Below are positions 1 to 14,283 of a DNA stretch of 64,000 bases, one piece after another. The notes under the pieces were generated by a model that saw only the letters and a list, made by a program, of their open reading frames with translations, ran no database searches and was not told where the DNA came from. Each line of letters begins with the position of its first letter. Positions within the stretch are counted from its first letter, which is position 1. Origin of the DNA: Paramecium tetraurelia (Eukaryota); NCBI GenBank assembly GCA_000165425.1, contig CT868010.1, forward strand, positions 124,001-188,000. The letters run 5' to 3'. The translations under genes and the position numbers were made by a program.

Positions 1-355
1 AAAATGTTTGAGGTTAGTGATTCCTCATATAATATAAAACCCCTTCACATGCTGCACCATATCCCGCACCAATTTCTACTATTCTCAATTTCTCTTTTCG
101 AGTGAATCGAAATTATTAATTTATATAATTCCCCAGTGTTATCCCATAATACGGTCTGAATACCTCTGATGGAGTCAACCATTAATTTTCAGGATAATTT
201 TCTGCTAATTTTTTTGTATAATCCTCATAGCCTAGCAATTATTTAAATTCAATTGGTTTTTTGAGTGCTCCAAGCTGAATATTCTTAACAAAATATCCCT
301 CCACTGGATGATAGAGACGATCATATATGAAATCTCTTACTAACATTCTCTTCAT
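1..355 (-). CDS. NDUFAF7: NDUFAF7/MidA-family SAM-dependent protein arginine methyltransferase, 5' part (runs off the window)
   Basis: MKRMLVRDFIYDRLYHPVEGYF...WLTPSEVFRPYYG...LRIVEIGAGYG contains the family motifs LYHP.GY, TPSE and the SAM-binding VEIGAG.G. Confidence 0.8.
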
Positions 356-884
356 TTGATTATATATTTATTGATAATTAAAAATAATTAAAAAATTGAT
401 AATATTATTCATTTACTCTTCTAAACTACTTCACAATAATAATTCTAATTATGTTAACCATAAATAATTGATATTTAAAAGTTGAAAACTACAATTACTT
501 TGTGATCTTATATTTTTGTTAAATTTATCAAATTGTAAATGTTTGTTACTATCTAATTTTCTCATAAATAAATGTATAAAACAAGTTAAATAAAAATCAA
601 GCAACATTATATTAAATTAATTAGAAGAAAAGCTTATAAAGCTTAAGTTTGTTTTAGAGAATATTTTTAAAAATCTCAAATATATTAATGTTTGATATTA
701 TTAAGAAATAATATATGATTTAATTAAAGTTTCTTGTATAGGTTTATAATACAATATTTTTTTTTAAAAGTTACTTGATATATGTGAGAATCTCGAGCAT
801 TATAAAATTAATAAATGAAGGCAACAAATAACGAGATTGATTATAAAATGTAAAATATTGTCCATATTTATAATTGTAAATTTA

Positions 885-2746
885 ATGAATAAATTAATGA
901 ATTAATCATTATAAATCTTATTTCCTGTATTGGATACCAATTCAGGAAAAGTGATGGTAGCTGAAAAGATAAACCAAAATTAGAAAACCAAATATTATGC
1001 ATTTTAATTTCAAAATTAAGTGATTCCTAAAACCTATTTGATTGAATATGACAATGCTCTTAAAAAATCAAAACATAATGAATTATTTAGATAATATTAT
1101 GAAATGCATATAGAAACTCCAGGAAATCCGGAAATCCCATACCTCCATCTATTTCATTATTACGAAGATGGTAAATTTTTAGATCAAAAGGTGATTGATT
1201 ATGGCAAACAAAGATAATCTTTTAATTATGCAGAAATATAATTATATCTGAAAAATTTTCTAATTGCCTTGTATGAATTACATTCTAACTAAATACCTGG
1301 AAGAATCTTCTCTATTTACAACACTCTAGTTGTTTAAGAAAGGCTTGTTATAATGGATTTTGGATTTGGACCAAATATTAATCAAGATAATTTAGATATA
1401 CTGGCCCCTCCAGAATATTTAGAATAAATAATTAATAATAAAAGTAATATTTTATATATGCTTAAGATTATATCTAAAAGGAGTTCGATTTAAAATTTGA
1501 TTCTTGGTTGCTGGGAGCAATATTGTATCACTTAATTAAATTTAAATCGATAAATTAGGTTGAAGTTTAAGGAAATAGTTATCAACGATTTAAATATGAT
1601 AGAGTAGAAGAATATTATAATTATCTAAAAAACCTTGATCATATTCCATGTTAGACTACTAGATACAAAAATGATTTACTCTCATTTGTTGAATCCTTGC
1701 TTACTTGCAATAAAGATAACCGATTATCATTTGAACAAATTCATAAGCATGAATACATTTAAAATCTTGAACTTGAAAATAAAGCTGAATATATAAAGTT
1801 CTATTCTGAAAATCAATTCATTAAAGACTGTGAAATTGGTATCACTTCTACTTAAGGTTTTCAACCTGCTACTTCATAAATATCTTTTGATCTGCGAAAT
1901 AGTTTTACATAAGGACATTCAGAATCAGTAATTATAAAATAAGAAGATCATCCTTCTCCTTAGGTGACAAGAAAACCAATAAAAATCACGGAACAAATTT
2001 CTAATTATTAGGAGGATGCACAAGGTTATCCTAATTTCTTGAATATAATATTAAATACACCTTAATTCAATAATACAAACTTTAATATTTATTGGCTGAA
2101 AATTTAATTAGATTGTTTGAAATGCTAGATGTTAAAATAAACAGCTGAGAAAATTACGACTATTTTACCAAAATATAAGCATCCATACCATTAGGTTTTG
2201 GTTTATATTATTAAAAAAATGAATTCCATAGTTTTAAGGGAAATGGACTCTGAATTAAAATCAGCTTATTTTTAAAAAAATCTTGATGAATAATGGGAAG
2301 ACTTTTTAAGTTAAAATAAGTAAAATTTACCTAGATCTGATTCAATAATCTCATATTCAAGATCATTATAAAGTGAGATAGCAATCCTTTATAACAATTT
2401 TGAAACTTTCTTAAATGAAGAGTCAACTACACTTTCTAACTCCGTCAAAAAGTCAATAGAGAGTGACAAGTCGTAAAATTTTAATATGTTAAATAATCCA
2501 CAAGAATTCTATTAAGATATTTATAGAGAGGAATTTGAACTACTTCTCTAATTTATAAATGACAAAATAACTTCAAATAATAACTTAGAAGAATTGAATT
2601 AATTAAAGTTATTAGTTTTTCATTGTTCACAAATCACTACGTTATTCCAATTAGAAACATTTGAAGAAACATTTAAAGGGCTTGCATAATAGAATCAAAA
2701 ACCATAGCCAAAAGATTTAGCTTAATATTTTGGCATTAACAATTGA
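885..2746 (+). CDS. Protein kinase-like protein (probable pseudokinase) with a long C-terminal helical region
   Basis: LYELHSNQIPGRIFSIYN...IMDFGFG...LAPPEY...FDSWLLGAILY...RLSFEQIHKHEY. A 23-nt intron at 1444-1466 restores the frame. HRD is absent. Confidence 0.75.
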
Positions 2747-3076
2747 AATATTGATGATCTAATATCAAATATTTAAATAAAATTATTAATAATCAGGATA
2801 TAGTTGATTGATTGAATTATTGTTACTGTCAGATTGTTTAGTTAATTAATATCCTATTCTTTAATCTCTATCTTAACATGCTTCTTTTTATTCTAATACT
2901 CGGGCAAAACCTAAATGAAGGAATTTAAAATGAAATCAATGATAATAAATGGGCAATTGTATATTATTAATTGTTTATTTATTTTTGTTCATTAGATTGT
3001 ACTTTATTCTATATAATATTAATTTATAAGTGATTATCATAATCTTTAAATTTATTTAATTAAATAATATTCCATA

Positions 3077-3851
3077 ATGAATCGTCTTTTTGGTACTTCT
3101 AAATAAGAACCTCCCAAATAATAGCCACCTCCCCCATAAAATCCATAACAACCTAAGGTTTTGGACTTGACGGAACAATAAAAAAGAGTATATTTCATTA
3201 CTAAAGTAGTCCGAAGCAAAAGTTAAGGAGTTGACTGAATAAATCTAAGAATTAGATAAACAGATAAGTGAACAATATTACAAAGCCAAAAACTCTAAGG
3301 GAGTTCAATAAACAACAGCTAAGTCAAGAGCCGTCATGCTTCTCAAGAGAAAGAAGATGTATCTACATAACTTAAGATTAGGTTGGAATAATAATTAGGA
3401 TAAATGCTCAATAATTAAATGACCTTAGATTAAGTGGCTTTCACTAAAGAAAACATTTAAAATACACTTGAAATGGTACTTTATTTCCTTTTTATATCAG
3501 GCTTAAGCGATGTAATAGGTAGTTGCAGTTCAAAAAGAAGCATTCAAAGAAATCGATATGGACAAACTGGATGGTATCAAATATGATTAATATCAATAGA
3601 CATCATGGATGACATGGAAGATATGAAGTTTGAAACAGACTACATGAATGACATGATGAATAGAAATTATGGATGTGACATTGATGAAAGTGAATTAGAT
3701 AGGGAAATGGCAGAAATCGAAAACGACATGAACTACAATGCTTTTTAACCTCAACAATAATAGCAACAAGCCTCCTATTAGGTATCACTTTTAAATTTAA
3801 ACTTAGAGTCTGATGGGCTAAAAACAAGTTTATAATCCTTAAACCAATTGA
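3077..3851 (+). CDS. VPS60: Snf7-family ESCRT-III protein, CHMP5/Vps60-like
   Basis: MNRLFGTSK...AKSRAVMLLKRKKM...EIDMDKLD...DIDESELDREM, with several 20-26 nt introns. Confidence 0.85.
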
Positions 3852-3953
3852 TTGACATTATAATTTATATTATTACATTGTTATAATTAATCAATTCTAT
3901 TTAATATCTTACAATAAATTAATCCAATTGTTTCATAGATCTTATATAAGTCA

Positions 3954-4215
3954 ATGACTAAAGTTAGAATGACTTTATTTAACTTCATTTTATATGACAT
4001 CCCTGGTTGGGGTGAATTTAAAAATAATAGTAATTCTATCTTAATTATTATTGACAAAAAGAAGTATTCTTAAATAATTTGATTAGCATTAACAATAAAA
4101 ATGTTTAAACCACATGAAAATATTAAGAAGCTATTGGAACTTAGATATACTCTTTATTATTATGATAACATTATTAAATTGTAATACTTAATTCTTATTA
4201 AGGCAGATTAGATGA
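3954..4215 (+). pseudogene. Possible relic of a TRAFAC-class GTPase (G3 and G4 motifs only)
   Basis: ILYDIPGWGE ... LILIKADQ lie in one frame about 68 codons apart, with an in-frame TGA between them and no P-loop. Confidence 0.35.
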
Positions 4216-4273
4216 ATATTATATATTTTCTTATATTATTTATATAATAATAATTTTATAATAACATTCAAAC

Positions 4274-4690
4274 TCATTGATTCGTAATTTTAATAAGAAA
4301 ATCCTTGATTTTATCCACTTTCTATTATAAGGATTGTCCATCTTTAAATACAAATTTATCATTTTAAACAACCTCTCTTTTTCCTTCTAATAATGCTTAG
4401 ATTGAAAGATTATATAATTTGAGTGCATCTAAAATTTGCTATTTATTTAAATGAGGCAATTTAATCAATTTTGCTTAGGCTTTAATATTAGATACTTATT
4501 CTTCTATTTCTTGCTTTACTTTAATTTGAGTCCATATTTTTGAAGCCTTCTACTCATTAGGGATTTATTGTAATTAAAAGAAATGATTATGCAAGACATT
4601 GGATTCTGAGTGAGCATGTTTTAGAGATCCAAGAAATGTTTGTTATTGTAATTTATTTTACTTATACCTCCAAAGAAATATTCTGAGTTT
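4274..4690 (-). CDS. Hypothetical protein or gene remnant; start uncertain
   Basis: Open code-6 frame of about 135 codons (...HAHSESNVLHNHFFQ...IKDFLIKITNQ*) with no clear in-frame ATG. Confidence 0.35.
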
Positions 4691-4774
4691 CAACATAATA
4701 TTTTAGGACTGATAATATTAGAATATTTATGTAAATTAATGTATTTAACATGATATTGTATACTCATTTGTAAC

Positions 4775-5725
4775 TCACCAAGTAGGTATCAAATATGAAC
4801 AGAGTTATTAGAAAGCAGGAATGATGTAGCTTAAAATTGGATTAGTCTTGTATGGTTCCAAATATTTTTAATTGACGTATTTGCATTCAACCTTGAATTT
4901 ATCAACTAATATATATTTGATTCTAGCAAAATTTGCAAAGTAAACAAAGGTCAATATGGATGACTTTCCTAAGAATAGGAATACAAAACTTGCTGGAACC
5001 AAAGCTATCTCGATTCTGTATTTTAATACATAGATTTAATCCTTCATTTAATAAATCTTATCAACTTTAGTCTTGAATACTAAAAATATATGTTTATTTA
5101 TACATTCGTAAATTGGCCCTTGCAACAACAATATGTAGGATGATAAACCAAGAGCAAAGTGTAAAATAAGTGGAACGTTGAATACTGTCTTGAAAGAGTA
5201 AACAAAGAAGTGTCCAAATAGAAATAATAGATTTTGTGCAAATTCATTTTGTAGCACTAACCTTCCATATTCTTTAGTCATTTATGGAAATTTGCAAAGT
5301 CTATACAAACCCAAAACACAAGCCACAGCAGCAAATAATGTATTGGGACCAATAGGGATGAAAGAAGTTATAATAAATGCCAATTTTAAAAAATTCTCTA
5401 CACCAAGAAGAATTTTAACAACAAGGGCTAAAATGAAAATACACGTATACTTTATTCTCCTAAGTCGAAACCACGTCTTTATTGAGAATGAGTATGATTC
5501 TCATGTGTAGTATAGGAATTTGTATTGCCGATGAATTCAGGATCAAACTCTGGATCAATATTATCTCTATACCAAATTTTCTTAAGTTTCTCAAATCTTT
5601 CCTTTGGTCTTATTATTAGCAATTTTTATATACATTGTTGGATCTAACTCTTTAATGAAATCCTTCCAAACGACATTGTTTTCAAATTAAAAATTCTAGA
5701 ATTGCCTTAGTTTTGCTTGATTCAT
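4775..5725 (-). CDS. TMEM33/Pom33 (UPF0121) family membrane protein
   Basis: Hydrophobic segments plus FAAVACVLGLYRL...KEYGRLVLQNEFAQNLLF...RIEIAL...YFANFARIKY, which resemble TMEM33/Pom33. Confidence 0.6.
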
Positions 5726-6114
5726 AAATTGTCTGAATTTAATTTATTAAAAAAAATTGATTTTCAATATTAATCACTTTGTTACATTTCAATAAAAAAA
5801 TAAATTATCGTTGACTACGGATAACTAAAATAAAATAAATCAAGGTAAAAAGTTTTTATAATTTTTGGTAATAATTGTAACAAATTGACTTTGATTAAAA
5901 TAATGTGGTATTTTGTATTAATATTATCCTTGTATAATACCAAGAAACCTAAGGATTCAATAATTGGAGATTACTTGTTTTTTATATAATTTACTAATTA
6001 TTTGATATAATTTAAATGTTTTTTTGATGACTTTATATGTACCCTATTGATAGTAATCAAATTGAATAAACATTTTTATCTATATTTATATAATTTATAT
6101 TGAATTAATTAAGA

Positions 6115-7600
6115 ATGCAAAGCCATGTGAATTAATAGAAATATGAATCTTATCAAATTCGAAAACCAAATATTACAGTATTTAAGTAATCAACTGAGAT
6201 GAATATTTAATCAGATGGTGATATTGGTGAATCTGGTTCAGAACCAGAATAAATAATTTAAGAAACGCAAAATAACAATCTCTTACCTTCTGATTAGTAC
6301 ATTTACCTTCACAAATAGAAAAAGTCAGCATAATAATTCAGTTATAGAAGATGATAATAACGAAGGTGTCCTCGAAGAAAAGGATTTAATTCTTTCAAAG
6401 CAGATATTTTTGTCCATGAATTTTTTTAACTTGAGTTAGATTAGATTGTCACATTTAGATAAGGTATCTGAGTAGTTTTACTGAGTGTAGAAACTAAGGG
6501 CTGAGATCACCAATATAGAAATAAATAACGATATCGTTTATTATCAAATAGAGACCAAATCATCTTAATTATAGTACATTGTAAAAGTGAAGAGAAGATA
6601 CAACGACTTCAAGTTTTTGTTAAGGGAACTATCAATTCGATTTCCTCAACTCATATTGCCTCAATTACCAATAGGAATAGGAGTGGGAAAACTTAGCAAT
6701 CGTGATGTAGAGGAGAGAAGGAGATTGTTGCAGAATGTTATCAATATTATAACTATGCATGAAGAATTGATACTTTCAAGCTCTGTTAAAAATGTATTAT
6801 TAAATTAACCTATTACTAGTTTTTTGAAGAAGCAGATCAACAGGAATTTGAGAATAAAAGAGTTTAAGGCTAATTCAATATGAAGAAGGGTCTGGCACAA
6901 AATCTATAAATAGTCATAGACAAAAGCATCAAATCACTTGGATTGTTAAGAAATTGGTGGAATGGGTCTCCATCAAACAAGAAATGCTAGGATTTGGAAT
7001 AAATAGAGTTAGAGTTGCTAAAATTATATAAATATTAAACTAAATGTCAGAAATTGCTTTTTAGCATATAAGCATTGTAAAGAAAATAACAAAAAATTAA
7101 GGATATAATTGTGCAATAAGATAGTTAAAAAACTTAATTGTTAATTGAAACAAAACTTCACGATTGCATATTTGATTATGCAAACCATTTGGATTTTTAA
7201 ACTAATACTCTAGAAGATAAATTTGTAATTAACATAAGTATGATTAGGATTAATTTTATCAATAATAAATTTGGCAATTAATGAATGTAATTGAATTTAT
7301 AGATTATGTTGACATATATTATAAGCATTTGGTTGAATTTATTGATGATCTTAATGAGTAATTAAAATAGGTTTCACCAAATTAATAAACGTATTAAATC
7401 ATGTTATTGCTAGTCATTAAACAATTAAGGATGAGATCAATAAATACTTGAGTAAGGCTAAAGAGTAATTTTGTAATAAAAAGGATGGCCTTATTTCAAA
7501 ATATATGGAGATCTAATAACAAGGATTAACCTATTTTTACATGAGTTAGTAATAAGAGATTTGGAATTATGCTTAAGAAATTAACAACAAATTTAATTGA
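6115..7600 (+). CDS. PX-domain (sorting nexin-like) protein with a C-terminal coiled-coil/BAR-like region
   Basis: IVYYQIET...VKRRYNDFKFL...FPQLILPQLP...VEERRRLLQ matches the PX signature. Confidence 0.85.
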
Positions 7601-7625
7601 TATGACTTATAATTTTTATTAAATA

Positions 7626-8769
7626 ATGAAATCGCCAAAATCGAATGGATCATCAAATAATAAATTTACAATCAGTGAATTTGGGTATTACAAATAATGT
7701 TCTCGGTTTCTTCCTTTGGAAAGAGCTAACGAATTCTCAACTCAGGATGCCGTCATTTATGATAGATTGAGATAGGCAGGAATGAAAAGAAATAAAGCTT
7801 TAAAATTTTGTAAAGGTTAACATTGTAAAATTGATTCTACTTAAACAAAACATGGACCACCTGGTTTCAAGATCTTCAACACCAAAATAGACAAATTAAA
7901 ATAATTGAATGGGTAACAATAGTATTTATGAATAGATGGCAGATGGTAGGAAGATTGAATTATGAATAATCTATGCGAGAAGAATATAGCGATGATTCTG
8001 AATGGTAAATATAAGATTAAAATAAAGAAGAGCAAGAGAAAATGGAATAATTAAAATAATTTTATACTGATTTAGATCTAAAGTATTCATTTAATGAAAT
8101 GGACTAATAAGAAACATTAACCAAATTACGCTCGCTTTCAACAGAACAACAATATAGAAGCCGCGTTCCATAATATTAATTGAAAGATGGCAAAAATAAA
8201 ATGATGTATTATGAAATGGCAGAATATATTTTACAATTGAAAAAGCCACCCAACACACTTATTTAAGAATTGAATGTTTTTGATGACACTATCCCCTTGG
8301 TTCGATAGGAATATTTTGATATTAAGCCAAAATACATTGAGAAGGCCACTCCCTTTTATCCTAAATAAAATTGTGAAAAGAGATCTAAATTATTGAAAGA
8401 ATTAACAAGAGCATATACTGGTAATATTACAATCACAGAACCTGCTGAGGAGATTAAAAAAGTATTTTGATATTTATAATTTTGGCTATTAGATATTCTT
8501 ACAAATTAGATTTTAATAATAGCCATTATGTAAAGGGATTTAAATAACAAACACCCAATGAGTCAGTTCTCTCTAGCTTGAATGATATTGATCAACAGAG
8601 CACCAAGAAGATTAAACAAAGATGCAGCATAATGACACATCGCATCACCAAATTTTCACCTTAGGATAAGGAAGTTATCAAATATAATGAATTTCGTAAC
8701 AAACTTGAAGAAATAGTGAACAAAAGTATTAAAAGGATGAATTGTGAAACTAATAATCCCATATTTTGA
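7626..8769 (+). CDS. Hypothetical protein
   Basis: The ATG lies 25 bp after the previous stop. The code-6 frame is continuous after removing about 3 small GT-AG introns. No recognised domain. Confidence 0.6.
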
Positions 8770-8941
8770 TCATATTTTAATATAAGCTTTTGGTTTAAAT
8801 TCTCAATTACATTCAATAGTAATATTGTAACCTAATTTCAATACCGTAGTTATTCAGTTGAGATAACAAGTCTTACTTAATTTCAGGAATGAGAGTTTGC
8901 AAAGTTTATACATGATTGTTTAACGAAAATTATAATAATTA

Positions 8942-11268
8942 TCATAGTTCTAGTTTTAAGTAGTTTTTAAGCTATTCAATTTAAACTGGTTTAACTAAAT
9001 ATCCATCCATTCCATTTTAAATTGCCAAATTTTCTTCTTCTTATTTTGCATAGGCCGAACACCCAATAATTTGAATTTTCGGATATTATTTCTTAATTAT
9101 CGAAGTGGCTTAAATGCCATTCATGGTAGGCATATCGATATCCATAAATATTAAACCATACCCATTACATTTATTACACCTATTAGATTTTACCATTTAG
9201 ATAGCAGTATGGCCATCTAATGAAAATTCTAATTTAAGAGATGAATTAATCTTTAAAATTAAGAATTTCAGAACTTCTATATTGAAAGCGTTATCGTCAA
9301 CAATTAAAATGTTGGCACATTGACATTAATTTATATGTTGTGTCTTGATATTATTGTATCTCCATAAAGATTATCTTCTTTCTGGACTCTCTTCATCAAT
9401 ATCTTGCGATTCTTCTTAAATTTCTGATTCTTAAATATTCTTAGCGATATAGAACCAGAATGAAGAGCCATTTTAATACTCTGATTGAAATTGTAATCCT
9501 TTTTCATTAAAACTCAAATTCCTAGCAATCATATTACTAATAATTAATCCCAACCCAACTCCTTGTGGATTCAACTTTTTACTTTCTGAATCTTCCACTC
9601 TAACAAAAGCCTATATGAGTCTTTCCTTATGTTCTTCCTTAATTCCTAGTCCTGTGTCATGGACCTCTATTTTTAAAGAAGTGTTGTGATAATTGGACAC
9701 TCTAATATCTATGTATCCTTACAAAGTATATTTGAAAGCATTGCCAAGAAGATTGATAATAATTTGTCGTATTCTATTCGGATCATTATTTAATAATCGA
9801 GGAGCACTTTTTCGATAGTTTAGTGTTAGATTAATCTTTTTTAAGTTTGCTTCTAATTTAAATAAGTCCATGCATTCTTCAATCAATTTCTTAAGATCCA
9901 TTTAAATGGGACAGATTGAAAATTTACCTACTTTCAATTATGCAAAATCCAATAAATCATTTGATAAGTTGAGTAAATACTTACAATTTAACAAAGCGAT
10001 TTTGATGTACTTACTTTAAACACAAGGGTCTCTTTCATCCTGTAAAGCAGAGATAAACTAAATAATGGAATTAAGTGGAGTTCTATATTCATGACTAACA
10101 AATGAAATTATACTTGATTTGACTTGGTATTATTTTTTCATCAACTTTATATAATCTCTATGAGTGACATCCCTTATTTATAGCAAAATCATTAATTTCT
10201 CATCAACCAAAGTGGCATGAGCATTGATTTCTAATAGACGCTTTCTTGGTTACTCGAGATCTGCACAACCCTCGTTTTCATACCAATTTCCCAAATAACT
10301 GCCAATAAAAATTGTGTTATGAGGACTATTCTTTAGGATTAAAAAAAATCTTTTGTTTGGTTTAATGCTCCTCAAATCATAAAGAATTTACTAATTAAAT
10401 GAAAATAAATTACGTTGAATTCAATTTCTTCTTTGGAATATCGATTATTGGAAATTTTGCATTACTGGAAAGTTTATTAAAAACTCTAAAAAGAGGGAAA
10501 TGAATCTCTGGGATCTCTGATATCTGGTTTAGCCTGAGTAGACACAACATCAGTTAATTATTCCAAACATGTCTTAAAATTAGCTTTGTCACTTATCTTA
10601 AATAACTCCAAAGTTGCTGAATTACAAAAATGAATTGCTAAATTTTAGGCTGTCAACAAAACCAAAGAGTCCGGTATCAAATTAAAGAAATGGAAACATT
10701 CCTGCAATTCCTATTAAAAACTTGTTGCCGATGAATGGAATTATTGTTTTTTATATTCGGGAGTTTGTACCATGTTCAAAATTGATTTCTCATAAGACTT
10801 AATGTATGATGTCTATGGGTCTATGTCTTACTTTTATTGGTTCGCCCATAATAAATACAGATGTATAAAAATCAAGGAAATTCCTCCAAAAAATGCATAT
10901 AAATCATACGAATTCCAACTGCACACTCTAATTAAAGCATATAAATTGATAATAATTGTGAGTTTTTGCAACAATCCCTTGTTTACTCTCTCCTATCCTA
11001 TCTCAATACAGATGAAATAGAGAACAAAAACACTGATATTTTATAGTTTCACAGCACATTCCACAAAAAATATAGCCAAACACATGGTGTAACTTAGATT
11101 CATCTGTAAATACCTCCTTTCATTCAGTTTATAAGAGAAGAGCACAGCCACCTAAATAGCACTCATTATGCTTAATAAAATTGCCATCTCTTTTATTTCA
11201 AAACCCAACAAAGGAGTAAGTATTATCCCTATTATTCCTTCAAGAGGTATTTTGATTATTTTCATCAT
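8942..11268 (-). CDS. Membrane hybrid sensor histidine kinase (HisKA + HATPase + receiver)
   Basis: H-box SFVSHEYRTPLNSI, N-box RIRQIIINLLGNAFKYT, G1 VHDTGLGI, G2 GVGLGLII. Receiver: ILIVDDN, IFMDIDMPTMNG, YLVKP. N-terminal hydrophobic helices. Confidence 0.93.
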
Positions 11269-11794
11269 ATATTTATTTATAATTTAGGTTTTAATTAATA
11301 ATTTAAATATGAAACTTCTCCACAGCATCAAAAAACGCAATAAGAATGTATCACAGACCCTAAACAATCCTAAATTTGAATTAAAGCTAAGTAGTTTATC
11401 AGAAGGTCGATAGCAATATTTATTGAAATATAAAATGAATATCGAATCATTAAATTATAAAAATAAACTCTAATTCAAATAAGGTTATAATAAAGCATGA
11501 TTAAAACTTTATCCTTTCGGTTGAAAATTAAATGCACTCCATTAGATATGAGAACAAGTTAAATGTGCACACCTTCTCCTTGATTATGCTGTGTAACATA
11601 AATTCATGGATTCAATAAATTCTCTAAATTTTTTACTTAATTTTCTCAATTAGATTTTTTCATTCAATTAAATTTTCAAACAGTCATTTAATAATTAATA
11701 CATTTTAAGGAAATAAGCTTTTGAAAACTGGTTGTGAAATAAATTGTAAATAAATTCAATAAATAATTAAATTATTCCGAACTTTGTGAATTAA

Positions 11795-13524
11795 ATGGAG
11801 AAACAAAAAGAAATTCTTAAATTATATCATGACAATCTTGATTAATAAATAGAGGAAGTGTTTAAGGCCGATCTAAACATTCCCATCGATAAATTCCAAA
11901 CCCAAAAGTAATTTACAGGTAATTGGTAATTTAGTGATAAGAAATCTAAAAGTTCTACATTTGGCATGTCTCCACAACAATACAAAACTTGTTGAACTCA
12001 CTTTGACATATTGTAGAAATTCCAATTTAATAAATCAAACCCAGATGTTTGAATTCATTAATTTATAGAATAAGGATGGATTCACTCCTTTGCATATGGC
12101 CTCCTTTAAAGGAAATCTAGTATATATATTAAGAGAATATGTTTAGGAAATTATAAAGTTATTACTATAATTAGGAGCTAATTCAAATATTAAGAATACT
12201 ACTGGATTGTCTGTTCTGCATATGTCAGTTTAAGGAGATCATGTTAAGACTAGTGTAATAAATATTGATTTTTAGTTATTCTGGATTAATCAAAACATCC
12301 CAATTGACATTTTAGATCATAATCACTAAACCCCTTTAATTTGTGCTTCCTTTCTAGGTTCTTAACAAATGGTCAACTTTCTAATTCCTTGGGGTGCTAA
12401 ATTGAATGCCTAGACACAAGACAAAGGACATACGGCATTACATGTGGCCACTTAATAAGGTCATTCTCGCATCGTGAGAAAATTACTTATCAAAGGAATA
12501 GATAGAAAAATCAAAGATAAGACTGGAAGAACTGCACTTGATTTAGCCGTTGAATCTAGATTTGAATCTATTTAAACCATGATTGTATAAGATGATATCA
12601 TCATTCTAGGAAAATAACATGGGATTACCTGAGAGATGTGGCTTAAGACAACCTGATTCAAAAGTTGAAAAAAACTACATATCAATGATCATTTACCTAT
12701 CTCTATATTGTAGTTCCTTTTTGATGACCATTTCATTCACTTTGCCAAGTATAATATATCTAATTATAATAATAAGAATTAGAATCCTTATAAGCTTGGT
12801 ACATCACTTCATTTAGTATAACTCTTCTTTTGACTTGGGTTCTTGTTAAAAGAAATCCAGGATTTGTACCACGCTCAAATAAAACCTTAATGGTAGGGTG
12901 ATTTAACATTTATAAGGATCTATTAGATGCTTACTCAGTTGATTAAATCTGCCCAGATTGCTCAGACGTGAAACCACCTAGATCAAGACATTGTGAAATT
13001 TGTTAAAAGTGCGTTTATAAATATGATCATCATTGTCCTTGGCTTTCGAATTGTGTTGGTGAAAAAAACCAGTATATATTCATATCATTCCTATTTACTT
13101 TGACTCTCAGTATTTCTTTGTAGATAGCAGTTTAATGTTCAAGTAAAAGAAGGTTATTTAATTTAGCATTAAATTTGGAAGATGATCAAACTGATGTTGA
13201 TTCAGACCATTTATTGTAATGGATAACATTTTACTATACAATGATTTTTAGTTGCATATTCATTTTACCTGTGATGTATAAATCATTTGATTTAGGTTAT
13301 TATTTACAGTCCAAATATACAATTTAATTAAAGGGCAAACTACTTATGAAAGATATATAGAAAAACAGGGAATAAATAGAATTTAGTCTAGAAAAGCTAG
13401 TGCAGAATAATAACTAAAACTAATAAAGAGTGCTGCTAGCACAGAAACGAATGAGAGCGAATTCAAATTTACATTAAAAACTCAAAAGAAACCCTTGCTC
13501 AAGGAAACTGAATTAATTGTATGA
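11795..13524 (+). CDS. Ankyrin-repeat DHHC palmitoyltransferase (Akr1/ZDHHC17-like)
   Basis: Ankyrin repeats [27 protein letters not shown]; Cys-rich [30 protein letters not shown]; multiple tiny introns. Confidence 0.93.
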
Positions 13525-14283
13525 TAAACAATAATATTAAATTTTACATCCATTTTTATTCTCTAAAGTCTATTGATAACAATTCCTCTTCCAACTCTAA
13601 AACTATTTTAATACAAATTAGTCTTTTAAATTTATTATTTCTTCAATCTATTTACATAAAAAATTGAATTTCTATATCAAAAGCAGTTTTATCAAATGTA
13701 TATGTAAAAATTAGATTCACAAGAAGAATAATTAACGAATTAGTAGAATATAAATTACATGCTCTACTCAAACTTAAGTGTCAAAACTTATTCGATTCCC
13801 AATAAACGATTACATTAACTGTTTGAGAGTCTATGAATTCCAAAATAATACTGAGAATCAATAATGTCAAGTGATTTGATATAGACTTTTTTTTTTTTAA
13901 TCCACTTTGGTGTAAATGATTTTATTTTTCTTCAAAATAGCAATTAATTAATAAAGAAATCTTATAGTATTTATATTTTTTTCTACCCTTAGAAAGACAA
14001 TTGAACCAAATTCTATAGTAATCTCCATTTAACTCCTATTTTTGAAACTAAATAATTTTATAACACCATAAGAAGACATCCTCATCCAAAATTAATAAAA
14101 AGTCTGTAATTGCACATCTTACCTTTTTAGAACTTCCGATCAAAAGTTCTGTTACTTAGTATTGATATTTGATTTTATTATTTTAATGTTATTAAGTCCT
14201 TAAGTTTTGTGTTCTAAATTGATAATCTACGAGAGAGTTCGAGTTGGCATTATCTATTTAATTAAAAATAAAATTTAACGTAT

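Noticed and set aside
2744..2815. Possible TGA readthrough or selenocysteine after the pseudokinase stop
   Set aside because: A 22-codon open extension is unremarkable under code 6, and no SECIS-like hairpin or redox motif is visible.
11309..11500. Short plus-strand ORF (MKLLHSIKK...) upstream of the histidine kinase
   Set aside because: It is only about 63 codons with no motif and cannot be told apart from chance.
13600..14200. Coding-like fragments between the DHHC and cyclin genes
   Set aside because: No consistent frame or recognisable domain on either strand.
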